Positions 1 through 10,700 of a stretch of DNA of 64,000 nt are shown here, piece by piece. The notes beneath the pieces were generated by a model. It made no database searches, was not told the origin of the DNA, and was given only the letters and a program-made list of their open reading frames with translations. The DNA is from Verrucomicrobiota bacterium. GTDB lineage: Bacteria > Verrucomicrobiota > Verrucomicrobiia > Limisphaerales > JAFGQR01. Made by a program: the position numbers and the translations under genes. The DNA is taken from the NCBI GenBank assembly GCA_016935555.1, contig JAFGQR010000160.1:3062-67061 (forward strand), written 5' to 3'. Position 1 is the first letter of the stretch; each line of letters starts with the position of its first letter.

Positions 1-1981
1 ACTGGGTATGCCTGAGGACGGGCCCGAGCGGATCGCCTGTGGCGGCGTTCCACAGCCGCGTGGCGCCGTCCTTGCACGCGGTCGCGAGCCGCTCGCCGTC
101 GGGGCTGAAGGCGATCCAGGTTACCCAGTTCGAGTGCGGCAGCGGGGGCAACAGCGGCTTGCCCGTGGCGGCATCCCAGATCCGTGCGGTGTGATCGATG
201 GACCCGGTCACCACGCGCCGGCCATCGGGACTGAATTCGGCGACGAGCGGGTGAACGCCCCCGAGGAACTCGCCGGCCGCGACCAGCGTCGGGTCGTGTT
301 GCAGCGGCGCGCTCACAGGTTGGCCGGTGGCGGCGTCCCAGACCCGCGCGCGGTTGTTCCGGGCGGCGGTGAGGAGCGTGCGCCCATCCGGGCTGAATCG
401 GGCGAAGGTCACGCAGTCGTCGTGCGCGATGGGCTGCAGGGCTGGCACGGCGAAATTGCGATGGGCCAGTTCATTCACCAGCCACTCGGCCACGACGAGG
501 TCGGCCGGGTTCTGGCGCAGGCGGCGGGCCAGGAGCGACAGCGCGCGGGCGGGCTGGTCGCGCGCAAAGAATTGGCGAGCCGCCTGGAGTTCCATGGCGC
601 GGAGACTGGCCTCGGCGCGCTGGCGGTGCTGTTCGGCTTCCATCCGGCCGGCTTCGGCTTGTGCTTCGGCTGCCAGGGCGCGGTTGCGTTCGTTTCTGGC
701 GCGAATGAATCCCGCTGTGGCGAGCCACAGGCCGAGCAGCAACGCCGCCAGAATCGCCGCGGCGCCCAGCACAGGCCCGCGATGGCGCCGGGCGAATTTG
801 TGGAGCCGGTACGCCATGCTCGGCGGCCGGGCCGCCACCAGCTCGTGATTGAGGTGCCGGCGCACATCCTCGGCGAACGCGCTGGCGGTCTCATAGCGCC
901 GTGCGCGATCCTTCTCGAGCGCCTTCATCACGATCCAATCCAGGTCGCCGCGGACCAGTTTCCGCAGCGTCGCCGGCTCGGTGTGTCGTCGTTCGGCGAC
1001 TTCGGTGAGTTTCTCTCCAAGCGCGTGCAGGCGCGTGGAGGGCTTGGGCGGCTCGGTCTCGCGAATCATCTTGCGGATGGCATCCAGGCCCGCCCGGGCC
1101 ATCGTCTCACGGTCAAAGGGCGTCACGCCGGTCAGCAGCTCATACAACAACACGCCCAAGGAGTAGATGTCCGCGCGCGTGTCCACGTCCATTCCGCTCA
1201 CGGCGGCCTGCTCCGGGCTCATGTAGGCGGGCGTGCCCACCATTTCCTGGAACCGGGTGAAAAGCGTTTTCTCCGTCAACTCCTGGCCAATCGCCTTGGC
1301 GACGCCGAAATCGATCACCTTGGGTATGGCCTCGCCATCGATCACGGTCACGAGCACGTTGGTGGGTTTGAGGTCGCGATGGATAACGCCCTTCTGGTGG
1401 GCGTGCTGGACCGCGTTGCAGACCCTGACGAACAGGTTGAGCCGCTCCCCGGTCGGCAGGTGGTTCTCGTCGCCATAGGTCGTGACAGGGATCCCCTGGA
1501 CCAGTTCCATCACAAAGTAGGGCCGGCCGCTTTCCGTGGCGCCCGCATCGAACACCCGGGCGATATTCGGATGGTCCATGAGGGCCAGCGCCTGGCGCTC
1601 CGCCTCGAACCGGGCGATGACCTCCCGCGTGTCCATGCCCGCCTTGATGATCTTCAGCGCCACCTTGCGGCGAACCGGTTCCTGTTGCTCGGCCATGAAG
1701 ACACGACCGAAACCGCCCTCGCCGATTTCCTGGAGGAGCTTGTAGCGTCCGATCAGGCTGCCCGGACCCGCTCCGAGGGGCTCCTCCTGCCGCACCAGCA
1801 AGGGTTCCTCGAGAAAATCGCCAGCGTGGTTGTGGGCCTTCAGGAGCGCTTCGATCTCCCCGCGCAGGCTCGCATCCCCCTTGCAGACCGCATCCAGATA
1901 GGCCGACCGCGCGGCAGGCGTCGGCTGCGCCGCCGCCTCCGCCAGGACTTGCTTGAGCCTTTCGTGGCTTGGGTTCATCAT
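1..1981 (-). CDS. Serine/threonine protein kinase with one TM helix and C-terminal WD40 repeats (3' end runs off the window start)
   Basis: Not in the supplied ORF track because no stop lies inside the window. Reverse-complement reading from ATG at 1981 gives [50 protein letters not shown]. Hanks kinase motifs read directly: [42 protein letters not shown]. These are followed by a hydrophobic helix ([20 protein letters not shown]) and WD40-type repeats (FSPDGR.., [33 protein letters not shown]). Frame checked at several points with no stop. The listed + ORF 8..2011 is its antisense shadow. Confidence 0.9.
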   Translation of the reverse strand, partial: MMNPSHERLKQVLAEAAAQPTPAARSAYLDAVCKGDASLRGEIEALLKAHNHAGDFLEEPLLVRQEEPLGAGPGSLIGRYKLLQEIGEGGFGRVFMAEQQEPVRRKVALKIIKAGMDTREVIARFEAERQALALMDHPNIARVFDAGATESGRPYFVMELVQGIPVTTYGDENHLPTGERLNLFVRVCNAVQHAHQKGVIHRDLKPTNVLVTVIDGEAIPKVIDFGVAKAIGQELTEKTLFTRFQEMVGTPAYMSPEQAAVSGMDVDTRADIYSLGVLLYELLTGVTPFDRETMARAGLDAIRKMIRETEPPKPSTRLHALGEKLTEVAERRHTEPATLRKLVRGDLDWIVMKALEKDRARRYETASAFAEDVRRHLNHELVAARPPSMAYRLHKFARRHRGPVLGAAAILAALLLGLWLATAGFIRARNERNRALAAEAQAEAGRMEAEQHRQRAEASLRAMELQAARQFFARDQPARALSLLARRLRQNPADLVVAEWLVNELAHRNFAVPALQPIAHDDCVTFARFSPDGRTLLTAARNNRARVWDAATGQPVSAPLQHDPTLVAAGEFLGGVHPLVAEFSPDGRRVVTGSIDHTARIWDAATGKPLLPPLPHSNWVTWIAFSPDGERLATACKDGATRLWNAATGDPLGPVLRHTQ

Positions 1982-2149
1982 ACGCGCACCCCGTTACCGC
2001 TCCAGCCTTGACACCGTTTCAGCCAGTTCTCGCGATTCCCGTGCCTTGCGACGTGCCGGGACGCGCACCCCGCGACGGACGGGGGTTCGCCCTGCCGGAA
2101 ACGCGAGGGGCGCCTTCTCTATATATGCGATGGATCCGCCAAACTTGCT

Positions 2150-2749
2150 TCAACGTTTCAAACCGTTCTTCCCTGCGGAGGCCGCCTCGGGACGGATTTC
2201 CTTGAACAGCCAGGCCCGCGCGAACAACCAGGTGCGATCGGCTGCGCTGCGGCTCAGGCCGAGGACGCGGGCGGCCTGTTCGTGGGTCAGGCCGGCAAAG
2301 AACCGGAGCTTGATCAGCTCCGCGGCGGGCGGATCCAGCTCGGCCAGCTTGTCGAGGGCTTCGTGGAGCGCGAGGAGGTCTTCATCGGGCCAGGGTGTGG
2401 CGATGTCGGCTTCGCGCAATTCGACGCGCTGGAGCAGACCGCCGGCGCGCTGGCTCTTCTTGCGCCGCGCCCCGTCGATCAGGATCCGGCGCATGGCTTC
2501 CGCCGCCGCCGCGAAGAAGTGTTTCTGTCCGTCCCACGTGACCTCCTGCGCTCCCAGGGGGGAGCCGACCAGGCGCAACCAGGCTTCATGCACAAGCGCG
2601 GTGGCCTGCAGGGTTTGCCCAGGAGGCTCCTTGGCCAGATGATGCGCTGCCAGGCGTCGCAGCTCGTCGTAGAGAAGCGGCAGCAATTCCTCCGAAGCAC
2701 GCCGTTCACCCCGCTGCATCGCGTCCAGAAGCTGCGTCACTTGGCTCAT
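2150..2749 (-). CDS. ECF-type RNA polymerase sigma factor (kinase-associated type, TIGR02999/ECF43-like)
   Basis: ORF 2150..2827 (-). The likely true start is the ATG at 2749 (MSQVTQLLDAMQRGERRASEELLPLLYDELRRLAAHHL...). Region 2 (ALVHEAWLRLVG) and region 4 HTH (LRFFAGLTHEQAARVLGLSRSAADRTW) are readable. It sits 168 nt upstream of, and co-directional with, the kinase gene. Confidence 0.85.
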   Translation of the reverse strand: MSQVTQLLDAMQRGERRASEELLPLLYDELRRLAAHHLAKEPPGQTLQATALVHEAWLRLVGSPLGAQEVTWDGQKHFFAAAAEAMRRILIDGARRKKSQRAGGLLQRVELREADIATPWPDEDLLALHEALDKLAELDPPAAELIKLRFFAGLTHEQAARVLGLSRSAADRTWLFARAWLFKEIRPEAASAGKNGLKR

Positions 2750-3024
2750 AACACTCCCGACAATTCCAGGCGAATACACCCGGCCTGGCTGGTGTGAGGC
2801 TGATGGGGAAGAGCTTACAGATCCCAAGGCGCCATTTCAAGCAGATTTCTCAGCCGGATTCGCGAGGGCACCCTCATGCGGCGCCGGGGAGGAAGGCCGG
2901 CGGAAATTCGTCTAAGGAAACGCGGCGCTTGAGTGTCATAGAGGGCAGATGCAAGATGCGAGTCGCTGACACCAATGGCGCAATCGGTTAGACGGTTCGA
3001 TCGGATGACCTAGACCCACCGACC

Positions 3025-3588
3025 ATGCCTGTGGCGCAATCAGACGAAGCCAGCGCGGACGCACCGCGAGCGGAGAGCATCGAAGCGCTCTTCCACGCGC
3101 TCGAATCGCCGCTGCTGGGCTACGCCTTCCGACTCCTCCAGGATGCGGCTGCGGCCGAGGATATTGTGCAAGACGCGTTCCTTAAACTACACGCCCAGTT
3201 CGACGCCGTCCGTGAACCCCGCCGGTGGCTCTACCGGACCGTGCACAACCAGGCGCTCAACCACCGGCGCCACGCCGCCAAAGTCGTCCCCCTCCACCCC
3301 GAGGGCGAATCCGGCGAGTGCGCGTCCCCGGGGCCCGACCCGGCCGATGCGCAGCCGCTGCCCGACGAGCAGATTGCCCGCTGGGAAGAGATCGGGCAGG
3401 TGCGCCTGAGCCTCGAGGCGCTGGACGAACGAAGCCGCGAGTTGATCCGGCTCAAGTTCAACGACGAGCTGTCCTACCAGGAAATCAGCCAGCGCACCGG
3501 CCTGAAGACAGGGTATGTGGGGTATCTGCTCCATCACGCGCTGAAAACCATCGCCGCCGAACTGGCGGCCACCGGGGTGGTGCCATGA
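3025..3588 (+). CDS. ECF RNA polymerase sigma factor (sigma-70 family, group 4)
   Basis: 187 aa. Region 2 motif DIVQDAFLKLH...WLYRTVHNQALNHRR. Region 4 motif LIRLKFNDELSYQEISQRTGLKTGYVGYLLHHALK. Divergent from the sigma gene at 2150..2749. Confidence 0.9.
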   Translation: MPVAQSDEASADAPRAESIEALFHALESPLLGYAFRLLQDAAAAEDIVQDAFLKLHAQFDAVREPRRWLYRTVHNQALNHRRHAAKVVPLHPEGESGECASPGPDPADAQPLPDEQIARWEEIGQVRLSLEALDERSRELIRLKFNDELSYQEISQRTGLKTGYVGYLLHHALKTIAAELAATGVVP

Positions 3589-3604
3589 AACCCGGAGGAC
3601 CGTT

Positions 3605-6600
3605 ATGAACCCGGACCAGCCTTCCAGCCCGCGCGACGCGCAGGAGGCGCAGCTCACCGCGCTGCTGCTGGGCGAACTCACCGACGCCGAAGCCGAAGCC
3701 GTGCGCCAAGCCATTGCACAGGACGCCGACCTGGCCCGGCTGCACCAGCGGTTGCAGCATACCATCGGGTTGGTGCGCGAAGCCGTCGCGCCACCCGCCG
3801 GCGCCCCCGCCACCCCGGCGCCGACCCGGTTGTCCGAACCCCGCCGCCAGCGGCTGCTGCAACACTTCCAACTGGGCATCACCACGCTCATCCAACGGCC
3901 CACGCCCCGCCGGCTCTGGTGGTCGGTGCCCGTGCGCATCGCGGCCGCACTGGTGCTGTGCCTCGGGCTCGTCGCGGTGATCCTCCCCCACTTCATCAAA
4001 GCCAAAAGCCAGGTGCAAATGTCGTACCTGGGCCTCGACCTGGCAGAGCGCAACGCTCCCGCCACCACAGCTGTGCCCGAGAGGCGCGCCGATGAGTTCG
4101 TGGCTGCCGAGCGAACCCGTGGGGCACGTCACGCTGCATCCGTGCCGAAGACGGATTTGTACCTGGGCACCGCCGACGCCCGGACCGAGGGGGACTCTGC
4201 CGCGACGCCGCGGGATGCGGCGCCCGCGGCAGCCGGGCGCCTGAACGTCTATTTGCCCACGGTGGATTCCAGCGAGGAACCCGCAGAGGACTTCTACCGG
4301 CTGGAGAAACGCCCGGGCCCGACGACCAAGCCAACCCCGCCGACCGAACCGGCGGCTGTTGAAGTGGCTGCCGGCGAGGACGCGGTCCGTTTGACAGGGA
4401 TCAGCCTGCTGCGAAACGGCCACGCGCTGGTGAAACTCGTGGAAGCCGAAGAACAGGCAAGACCGGAGCCGCCCGCCGTGGTCGCCGCCATGCCGTCACG
4501 GCCACCGCCGCCCGCGCCGCGGACGCCAGCGCCAGCCGCGCCGACGACTGCCACGCCGGCGGCTGCCGCAACGATTTCAGGGGGGGCAGCGAATCGGATT
4601 GGCGAGTCTGAATTGTTGTCCACGCTTATTGTGGCGCAACAGTCCCGAGGCGGCACCCTGATGGGACCGCGCAAGGCCGGCGCTGCTCCTGCGGCGCCCA
4701 CCGCCGCGCCCGCGCCACCGGACAAGGCCCCGGCGCGAGGTCGCGGGTCGCGAAGTGATTGGGGTGAGCCCAAGGACGCGCTCGCGGCCGGGGACGCCGC
4801 ATTCCGGGAGAAGATGGTGTTGAACCGCGATGCGGCCGGGGTGCCGCTGGCGGCGGAAGGGCGGACGTTGGACGAGTTCGGCATTCAAGCGCAGTCGGTG
4901 AGCGGGCTGAGTGTGGCGAATGGGCCGGTGCCGGTGCCACTCGTCCCGCAGGCCTCGCCGCCAGCAGCCTTAGGCACGAAGGCGGGCGGCCTGGAAATCG
5001 CAGGCGGGCGGGAGAACCAAGAGAGCAGGAAACGCCAGATCGAACGTTTCGACACGGACCTGAGATTGCATCGGACGGGCGCGGAAGGCCTCGCGCTGGC
5101 CGAGGAGGGCGACGAACTGAAATCCCTCGACGGAATCACTGACGGCCGGGCGCGGTATTTCAACGGCGTTCAAGCGATGGATCCCGCCGCTTCGAGCCGG
5201 CAGCCGGCACAACCGGCGTTGGGCGACGCGCCGGTGGCGGGGAACTTGTCTTCTAACGCGACGTGGTCCATGACGTCCACCGTGGGGCCCGTCGCCGATT
5301 CGCGATCCAAGCCGGCAGCGCCTGCCGAGGGCATGGCCGCCGCAGTTGCCCGCGGTTACGGCGGCGGTTACGGCGGGGGCGGCTATGGGGGGTATGGCGG
5401 CGGCGCGGGGAGCGGTTCGGCCCGCGGGATCGCCTTGCCGCAACCCGGGGTTGAGCAGCCCAAAGACATGGCGTCGGCAAAATTCAAGCCGTCGTCGGAA
5501 GACAAGGCTGCGAACGTCCACGACGTGGAGGTTGTGGGTTACCTTGACTTGACGATGACCAACGATCATTCGTTGATCGCTCACCATTTGGATTCAAGTG
5601 GCGCGGGTGATCGCAACGCGGCTGGCCAACCCCTCAGTGTTTCTCATGCCAAGGGCATCTTTCATTCCCTCCACGATGGCGATGCGGGGGCGAGCAGGTT
5701 TGCTGGGGAGTTCAAGAGAGACAGCAAAGCGGCAGACAGGGCACGCGCGGAAGACCCGGGCCGGGAGCTGGCGAGGATCGAGCTGCCGTCGGACGGTGCG
5801 CGCGCCTCGGAGCGGATCGGCAACGTGACCGTCCGAACAACTTCCGGCAAAACGACCACGGTCCAGCTGCATGACATCCAACAAGCGGGGCAGGCGGCGA
5901 TTGCCGGAGACAGACTACTCGGTGCCAAACCGGCAGAGGCCGCCTCGTCCCGACCGGCTGCCGCTCCGGCGAAGCCACCCGCAGTTCCCCCCCAACCGGA
6001 GACAATACGCAAATTCGAGCACGCCCGGCTCGAGGCGAAATCGGATCTTGCGAAAGCGAACGAGGCGGCGGTGGCGGCGGATGTGAAGAAGGCGCGGCAG
6101 GAAGCCGTGGCCAAAGCCATCGAGGATCGCGCCGCCAAAACGACCGGCACCGCGCCGGTGCCGCAGCCCGAAGTTCAGACCCGGGACAACGCGTTTTCGA
6201 CCTTCTCGCTGAACGTGAGCGACGTGTCGTTCAAGCTGGCGGCGGCGAGCCTGGAGAAAGGCGCGATGCCCGACCCGTCGACGGTGCGGAGCGAGGAGTT
6301 CATCAACGCGTTCGATTACCGCGATCCGGAGCCGGCCCCGGGCGTGCCGATTGCGTTCGCGTGGGAGCGGGCGCGCTATCCGTTCGCGCACAACCGCGAT
6401 CTGCTGCGGTTCTCGGTCCAAACGGCCGCGCGCGGCCGCGAGCCGGGACGGCCTTTGAATCTCGTGCTGGTGCTGGACAACTCGGGCTCGATGGAACGGG
6501 CGGACCGGGTGCGGATCATTCAGGAGTGCCTGCTGGTGCTGGCCGGCAAGCTGCAGAAATCCGACCGGGTGAGCGTGGTGACCTTCGCGCGCACCGCACG

Positions 6601-7498
6601 GCTGTGGGTGGACGGCGTGGCCGGCAACCAGGTGGGCAAGGCATTCGGCCGCGTGGGAACGCTCACGCCCGAGGGCGGCACGAACCTGGAGGAAGCCTTG
6701 ACCCTGGCCTACCAGACCGCCCGTCGCCATTTCCTGGCGCAGGGCGTCAACCGCGTCGTCGTGCTCACCGACGGCGCCGCCAACCTGGGCAACGTGGACC
6801 CGGCCGCGCTCAAGGCGCAGGTCGAAGCCCACCGCACCCAGGGCATCGCGCTGGATTGTTTCGGTATCGGCTGGGAAGGCTACAACGACGACCTGCTCGA
6901 AGTGCTCTCCCGCAACGGGGACGGCCGCTACGGGTTTGTGAACACGCCCGAGGACGCCGCCGGCGGGTTTGCCGCGCAACTGGCGGGCGCGCTGCAGGTG
7001 GCCGCGTCAGACGTCAAGGTGCAGGTCGAGTTCAATCCGCGCCGGACGACGGCGTATCGGCAGATCGGCTACGCCAAGCACCAGCTCAAGAAGGAACAGT
7101 TCCGCGACAACACCGTCGACGCCGCCGAGATCGGCGCTGCCGAGTCCGGCAACGCCCTCTACGTCGTCGAAGTCCATCCCGCCGGGGACGGCCCGATCGG
7201 GGTGGTGCGCGTGCGCTACAAGGTGCCGGGAACCACCCGGTATCTCGAGCACGCGTGGACCGTGCCCTACACCGGGGCGGCCGCGCCGCTCGACCACGCC
7301 AGCCCCGCGATGCGCCTGGCCGCCACCGCCAGCGCGTTCTCCGAGTGGCTTGTCGCCAGCCCCTATGCCGCCGAAGTCACCACAGACCGGTTGTTGGGTT
7401 GCTTGCGCGGCGTGCCCGAAGCGCTGGCTCTCGACCCACGCCCGCAAAAGCTCGAATGGATGATCCGCCAAGCCCAGGCCATCGCGGGACGACGGTAG
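3605..7498 (+). CDS. Single-pass anti-sigma factor fused to a long low-complexity linker and a YfbK-like von Willebrand A ectodomain
   Basis: Starts 16 nt after the sigma stop. The N-terminal anti-sigma-like helix is LTALLLGELTDAEAEAVRQAIAQDADLARLHQRL, followed by one TM (WWSVPVRIAAALVLCLGLVAVILPHFI). A ~730-aa Ala/Pro/Gly/Arg-rich linker includes GYGGGYGGGGYGGYGGG. The C-terminal part reads FSTFSLNVSDVSF...SEEFINAFDY. It contains a vWA MIDAS motif (LVLDNSGSM...GGTNL...VLTDGAANLG) and a DUF3520-like tail (VKVQVEFNP...YRQIGY). Confidence 0.85.
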   Translation: MNPDQPSSPRDAQEAQLTALLLGELTDAEAEAVRQAIAQDADLARLHQRLQHTIGLVREAVAPPAGAPATPAPTRLSEPRRQRLLQHFQLGITTLIQRPTPRRLWWSVPVRIAAALVLCLGLVAVILPHFIKAKSQVQMSYLGLDLAERNAPATTAVPERRADEFVAAERTRGARHAASVPKTDLYLGTADARTEGDSAATPRDAAPAAAGRLNVYLPTVDSSEEPAEDFYRLEKRPGPTTKPTPPTEPAAVEVAAGEDAVRLTGISLLRNGHALVKLVEAEEQARPEPPAVVAAMPSRPPPPAPRTPAPAAPTTATPAAAATISGGAANRIGESELLSTLIVAQQSRGGTLMGPRKAGAAPAAPTAAPAPPDKAPARGRGSRSDWGEPKDALAAGDAAFREKMVLNRDAAGVPLAAEGRTLDEFGIQAQSVSGLSVANGPVPVPLVPQASPPAALGTKAGGLEIAGGRENQESRKRQIERFDTDLRLHRTGAEGLALAEEGDELKSLDGITDGRARYFNGVQAMDPAASSRQPAQPALGDAPVAGNLSSNATWSMTSTVGPVADSRSKPAAPAEGMAAAVARGYGGGYGGGGYGGYGGGAGSGSARGIALPQPGVEQPKDMASAKFKPSSEDKAANVHDVEVVGYLDLTMTNDHSLIAHHLDSSGAGDRNAAGQPLSVSHAKGIFHSLHDGDAGASRFAGEFKRDSKAADRARAEDPGRELARIELPSDGARASERIGNVTVRTTSGKTTTVQLHDIQQAGQAAIAGDRLLGAKPAEAASSRPAAAPAKPPAVPPQPETIRKFEHARLEAKSDLAKANEAAVAADVKKARQEAVAKAIEDRAAKTTGTAPVPQPEVQTRDNAFSTFSLNVSDVSFKLAAASLEKGAMPDPSTVRSEEFINAFDYRDPEPAPGVPIAFAWERARYPFAHNRDLLRFSVQTAARGREPGRPLNLVLVLDNSGSMERADRVRIIQECLLVLAGKLQKSDRVSVVTFARTARLWVDGVAGNQVGKAFGRVGTLTPEGGTNLEEALTLAYQTARRHFLAQGVNRVVVLTDGAANLGNVDPAALKAQVEAHRTQGIALDCFGIGWEGYNDDLLEVLSRNGDGRYGFVNTPEDAAGGFAAQLAGALQVAASDVKVQVEFNPRRTTAYRQIGYAKHQLKKEQFRDNTVDAAEIGAAESGNALYVVEVHPAGDGPIGVVRVRYKVPGTTRYLEHAWTVPYTGAAAPLDHASPAMRLAATASAFSEWLVASPYAAEVTTDRLLGCLRGVPEALALDPRPQKLEWMIRQAQAIAGRR

Positions 7499-7679
7499 AA
7501 TCCTCGACTTCTGGGACGGCTTGCGGACAGGTCAAGTGCTGGAGCCGTTGCTGAGCCGAGGATTCTGGGAACGAAAGTGGAATCACATGACAAACGCACC
7601 ATTCAATAAGCACGGAATGAACGACGTCCAGGTCCCCGTCGAACGGATCGACTGGGGAGGCCGCGCCGCCTTGAACCGG

Positions 7680-7748
7680 GTAGGGACGCGTTCCACCGCG
7701 TCCCTGACTTGCCGGGGAAACGTGGGACGCGGAGGAACGCGTCCCTAC
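7680..7748. repeat. REP-like nested palindromic element (GTAGGGACGCGTTCC ... GGAACGCGTCCCTAC)
   Basis: Perfect 15-bp outer inverted repeat (7680-7694 / 7734-7748). It is contiguous with a 9-bp inner inverted repeat (CCGCGTCCC 7696-7704 / GGGACGCGG 7724-7732) across a single A/A mismatch, with a 19-nt loop. Each arm is also self-complementary around ACGCGT. Confidence 0.6.
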
Positions 7749-10700
7749 CAGGCCCTGGCGTCGTGGCTGCTCGGATGTGTCCTTGCCTTTTCCCCTGCCG
7801 CCCCCGCCGCCGAAGCGCCTGCGGTGTCGGCGGCCGAGCTGACCGATGTGTCGCTGGACGGCAGCCTGACCAACGGCCGGGCGCGGCTGGTGATCCAGGC
7901 GCTGCTCAAGAATCTGCCTGAGGACAAAAAGAAGCTGGTGTATGTGGGCGCGTTCCAGCACCTGATCCGGGTCGCGCGCGAGAAGCTGACCCACCAGATC
8001 AGCGCCACGTTCGACATCTTGCAAGGCGAGCCGGAGGAGATCGTGTTGACGCTTACGGGCGAGGGCACGATCAAGAGTGTGACCGGGACGAACCTGTTGT
8101 TTTGGAACGTGCGGCAGGAAACCAACCAGACGCGTTCGCTGGTGCTGGTGCCCATGAAGACGGGCAAGCCGCTCAAGGAATTTGCGGTGGCGATCGTAGC
8201 CGACACCGATCTGGAGGCGCTGCCGGTGTCGGTCACGCCCCTCGGCTGGGCCGCGCCGCACGCGGCGCTATTCAAGGGGTTTGTGCGGGTGCTGGCGCCG
8301 GCGGCTTTTGCGGTGGAAGGCGGCCAGGCGAAGGGGCTGGTGCAAGTGGATTTGGAATACCTGCCCGCCGCCATGCAGGCGGCGGCCGGTCCGGCGGAGC
8401 CGGAGCCGCTGGCGTTCCGGTTCCAGGGGGGCGCCTATGCGCTGCCGCTGCGGGTTGCCCGGGCCGACCCGGACGCGCGGCAGGTGGTGCTGCGCGACTT
8501 CAAGCTGGTCGGCCGGCTGAGCGACAGCAATGCCGCGTTCACGCTGACCGCGACGGTCCGGGTCAACCCGCCCGAGGGCGGCACGCTCGAATTGTTGTCG
8601 GGCAACGTGGCGCTCAGGGAAGTGGAGTCCGGCGCGCATTGGCGGCTGAAGTTTGACAACGGCCGGTTCACACTCGTGGCCGACCAGGCGGGCGAGTTCC
8701 CGCTGCGCCTGCGGTTCGACGCGGCGGTGCGCCAGAACGCCGGCTGGAACCGCGTGGACTTCCGGCTGGCGCCCAGCGCGCTGCAGCCCGTCGTCCTCCA
8801 GGGTTTGAAACCCGACACGCAGTTCCAGATGGCCGGGGCTGCCAAGCCGGAGCGTCTCGGCAGCGAGTTCGCCACCCACCTGTCCCCCGACGGGCACGCG
8901 AACTGGTCATGGAAAGAAACGCGACCGGAAGCGGAAGGCAAGCTGTTCTACTCCGCGGAAATGCTCTGCCAGATCAGCGTGAGCCCCGGCCTGATGCGGC
9001 AGGTGGCGTTGCTCGAGGGGAAAGTGATGCAAGGCGAGCTGACGCGTCTGGTGCTGGGACTGCGCGGCGACGGGCAGGTGACCCGCGTCCAGGGCGACCA
9101 GGTCCTCTCCTGGAACGTCGAGCCCGTCCCAAACTCGGCCGATCGCCGCCTCGCGGTCCAGTTCAACCAGCCGCAAAAGGACAAGTTCGCCTTCCAGGTG
9201 CAGCTGCAGACGCCGCTGGGCGCGTTTCCTCAGACCTTTGGCGCGGTGCAGTGGCGGCCTGAGAACGCGGTGCGGTTTGCCGGGTATTACCGGATTGTGA
9301 ACGAAGGCGCCGTGCGCCTCGAGGTCGCCCAGGCGATTGGCCTGTCCCAGATCTCGCCGGAGCAATTCCCCGAAAGCGCCGCGACCAAGGCGGTGCTGGG
9401 CACGCAGGCCAGCCAGCGGTTTGCGTTCCGGTTCTCGAGCGTGGATTGCCAGCTGCGCATCCAAGCCGACAACATTCTGCCGGAGCTGAGCGTGTCCGAG
9501 GTGCTGGCATATCACCTGGGCGACACCGAACAGACGATCGAGGCGGAATTGGAGCTGGACATCCGCGAGGCGCCGCTGCGGGAGCTGCTGCTGCTCGTGC
9601 CCAAGGGTTACGTCCTCGCCCGCCTGACCGTGCCGGGGCTGAACGATTACTTCCTGACCGAACCCGAGGGGGCCGAAACCGCCCAGCTGCGGCTGGTCTA
9701 TGGCCAGCCCACCATTGGCCGCCAGGTCCTGCAACTGCGCCTCGAACGGAACAAGCCGCACGCGGACCCGACATGGCTTCTGCCGCGCGTCGAGGTGAGC
9801 AGCGTGAAATCCACCCGCGGCCAGCTGGGGGTGTCGGCGGCCGTGGGCTACCGGCTGGCGGCGGAATCGACGCAGGGGCTCACGGAGGTGGCGACGGCGT
9901 TTTTCCCCAGGAAAGTTGCCGGGCTGCAGGCGGCGTTCCGTTTGAGCGACGCGGCGTGGCAGGCGACGCTGCGCATCGAGCGGCTGCCGCAATCGGTGCA
10001 AGCGGATGTGTTTCACCTGTTCTCCATCGGCGAAGGGATTGCCTACGGCAGCAGCACGATGAACTACGTGATCTCGGGCGCGCCGATCGCGTTGTTCAAG
10101 GTGGAACTGTCGGGCGAATCCTTGCCCGCCAGCGTCGAGTTTACCGGCAAGGACATCCGCAACTGGCAGAAAGTCGCGGGCGGCTACGAGGTGCAACTGC
10201 ACACGCCGGTGACCGGCACCTACACCCTGCTGGCCAGCTACGAACGCCCCTTCAAGGCGCAGGGCGACACCCTCACCTTCACCGGCGCCCGACCGTCCGA
10301 CGCCCAGACCGAACAAGGTCACACCATCGTCGTCAGCGCCTACCAGTTCCAGGTCCGCCCGGCGAGCGTCTCGGCCGGCCTGCTGCCGCTCGACCCGGGC
10401 GAAGTGCCGGCCGAATACCGGCTATTCTTCGACGCGCCGATCCTGGCGGCCTACCGTTACACGTCGAGGCCGTTTAACCTGCAGCTCGCGCTCAGCCCGC
10501 TGACCCAGGGCGAAACCCTCAGCCAGGTCGTCGACCGCGCCGCCCTCGCCACCCGCATCTCCAAGGAAGGCGAGGTGCTGACCGACGTGACGTATTACGT
10601 GAAGAACCGCGGGCAACCCCATTTCCGAATGACCCTGCCCGCGGGCACCGAGCTTTGGGACACCCTCGTCAACGGCCTCAAAGTCATCCCCGCCCGCGAC

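Noticed and set aside
8-2011. 667-aa + strand ORF at the window start
   Set aside because: It is the antisense shadow of the kinase/WD40 gene. Its translation is Arg/Gly/Pro-rich with no motifs, whereas the minus strand gives textbook kinase and WD40 motifs.
2750-3024. Possible ECF-type promoters in the divergent sigma-sigma intergenic region (e.g. GGAAAC at about 2,917 and CGTCTA at about 2,909)
   Set aside because: The spacing between candidate -35 and -10 elements does not fit the usual 16-17 nt. No convincing pair was found by eye, so none is reported as a feature.
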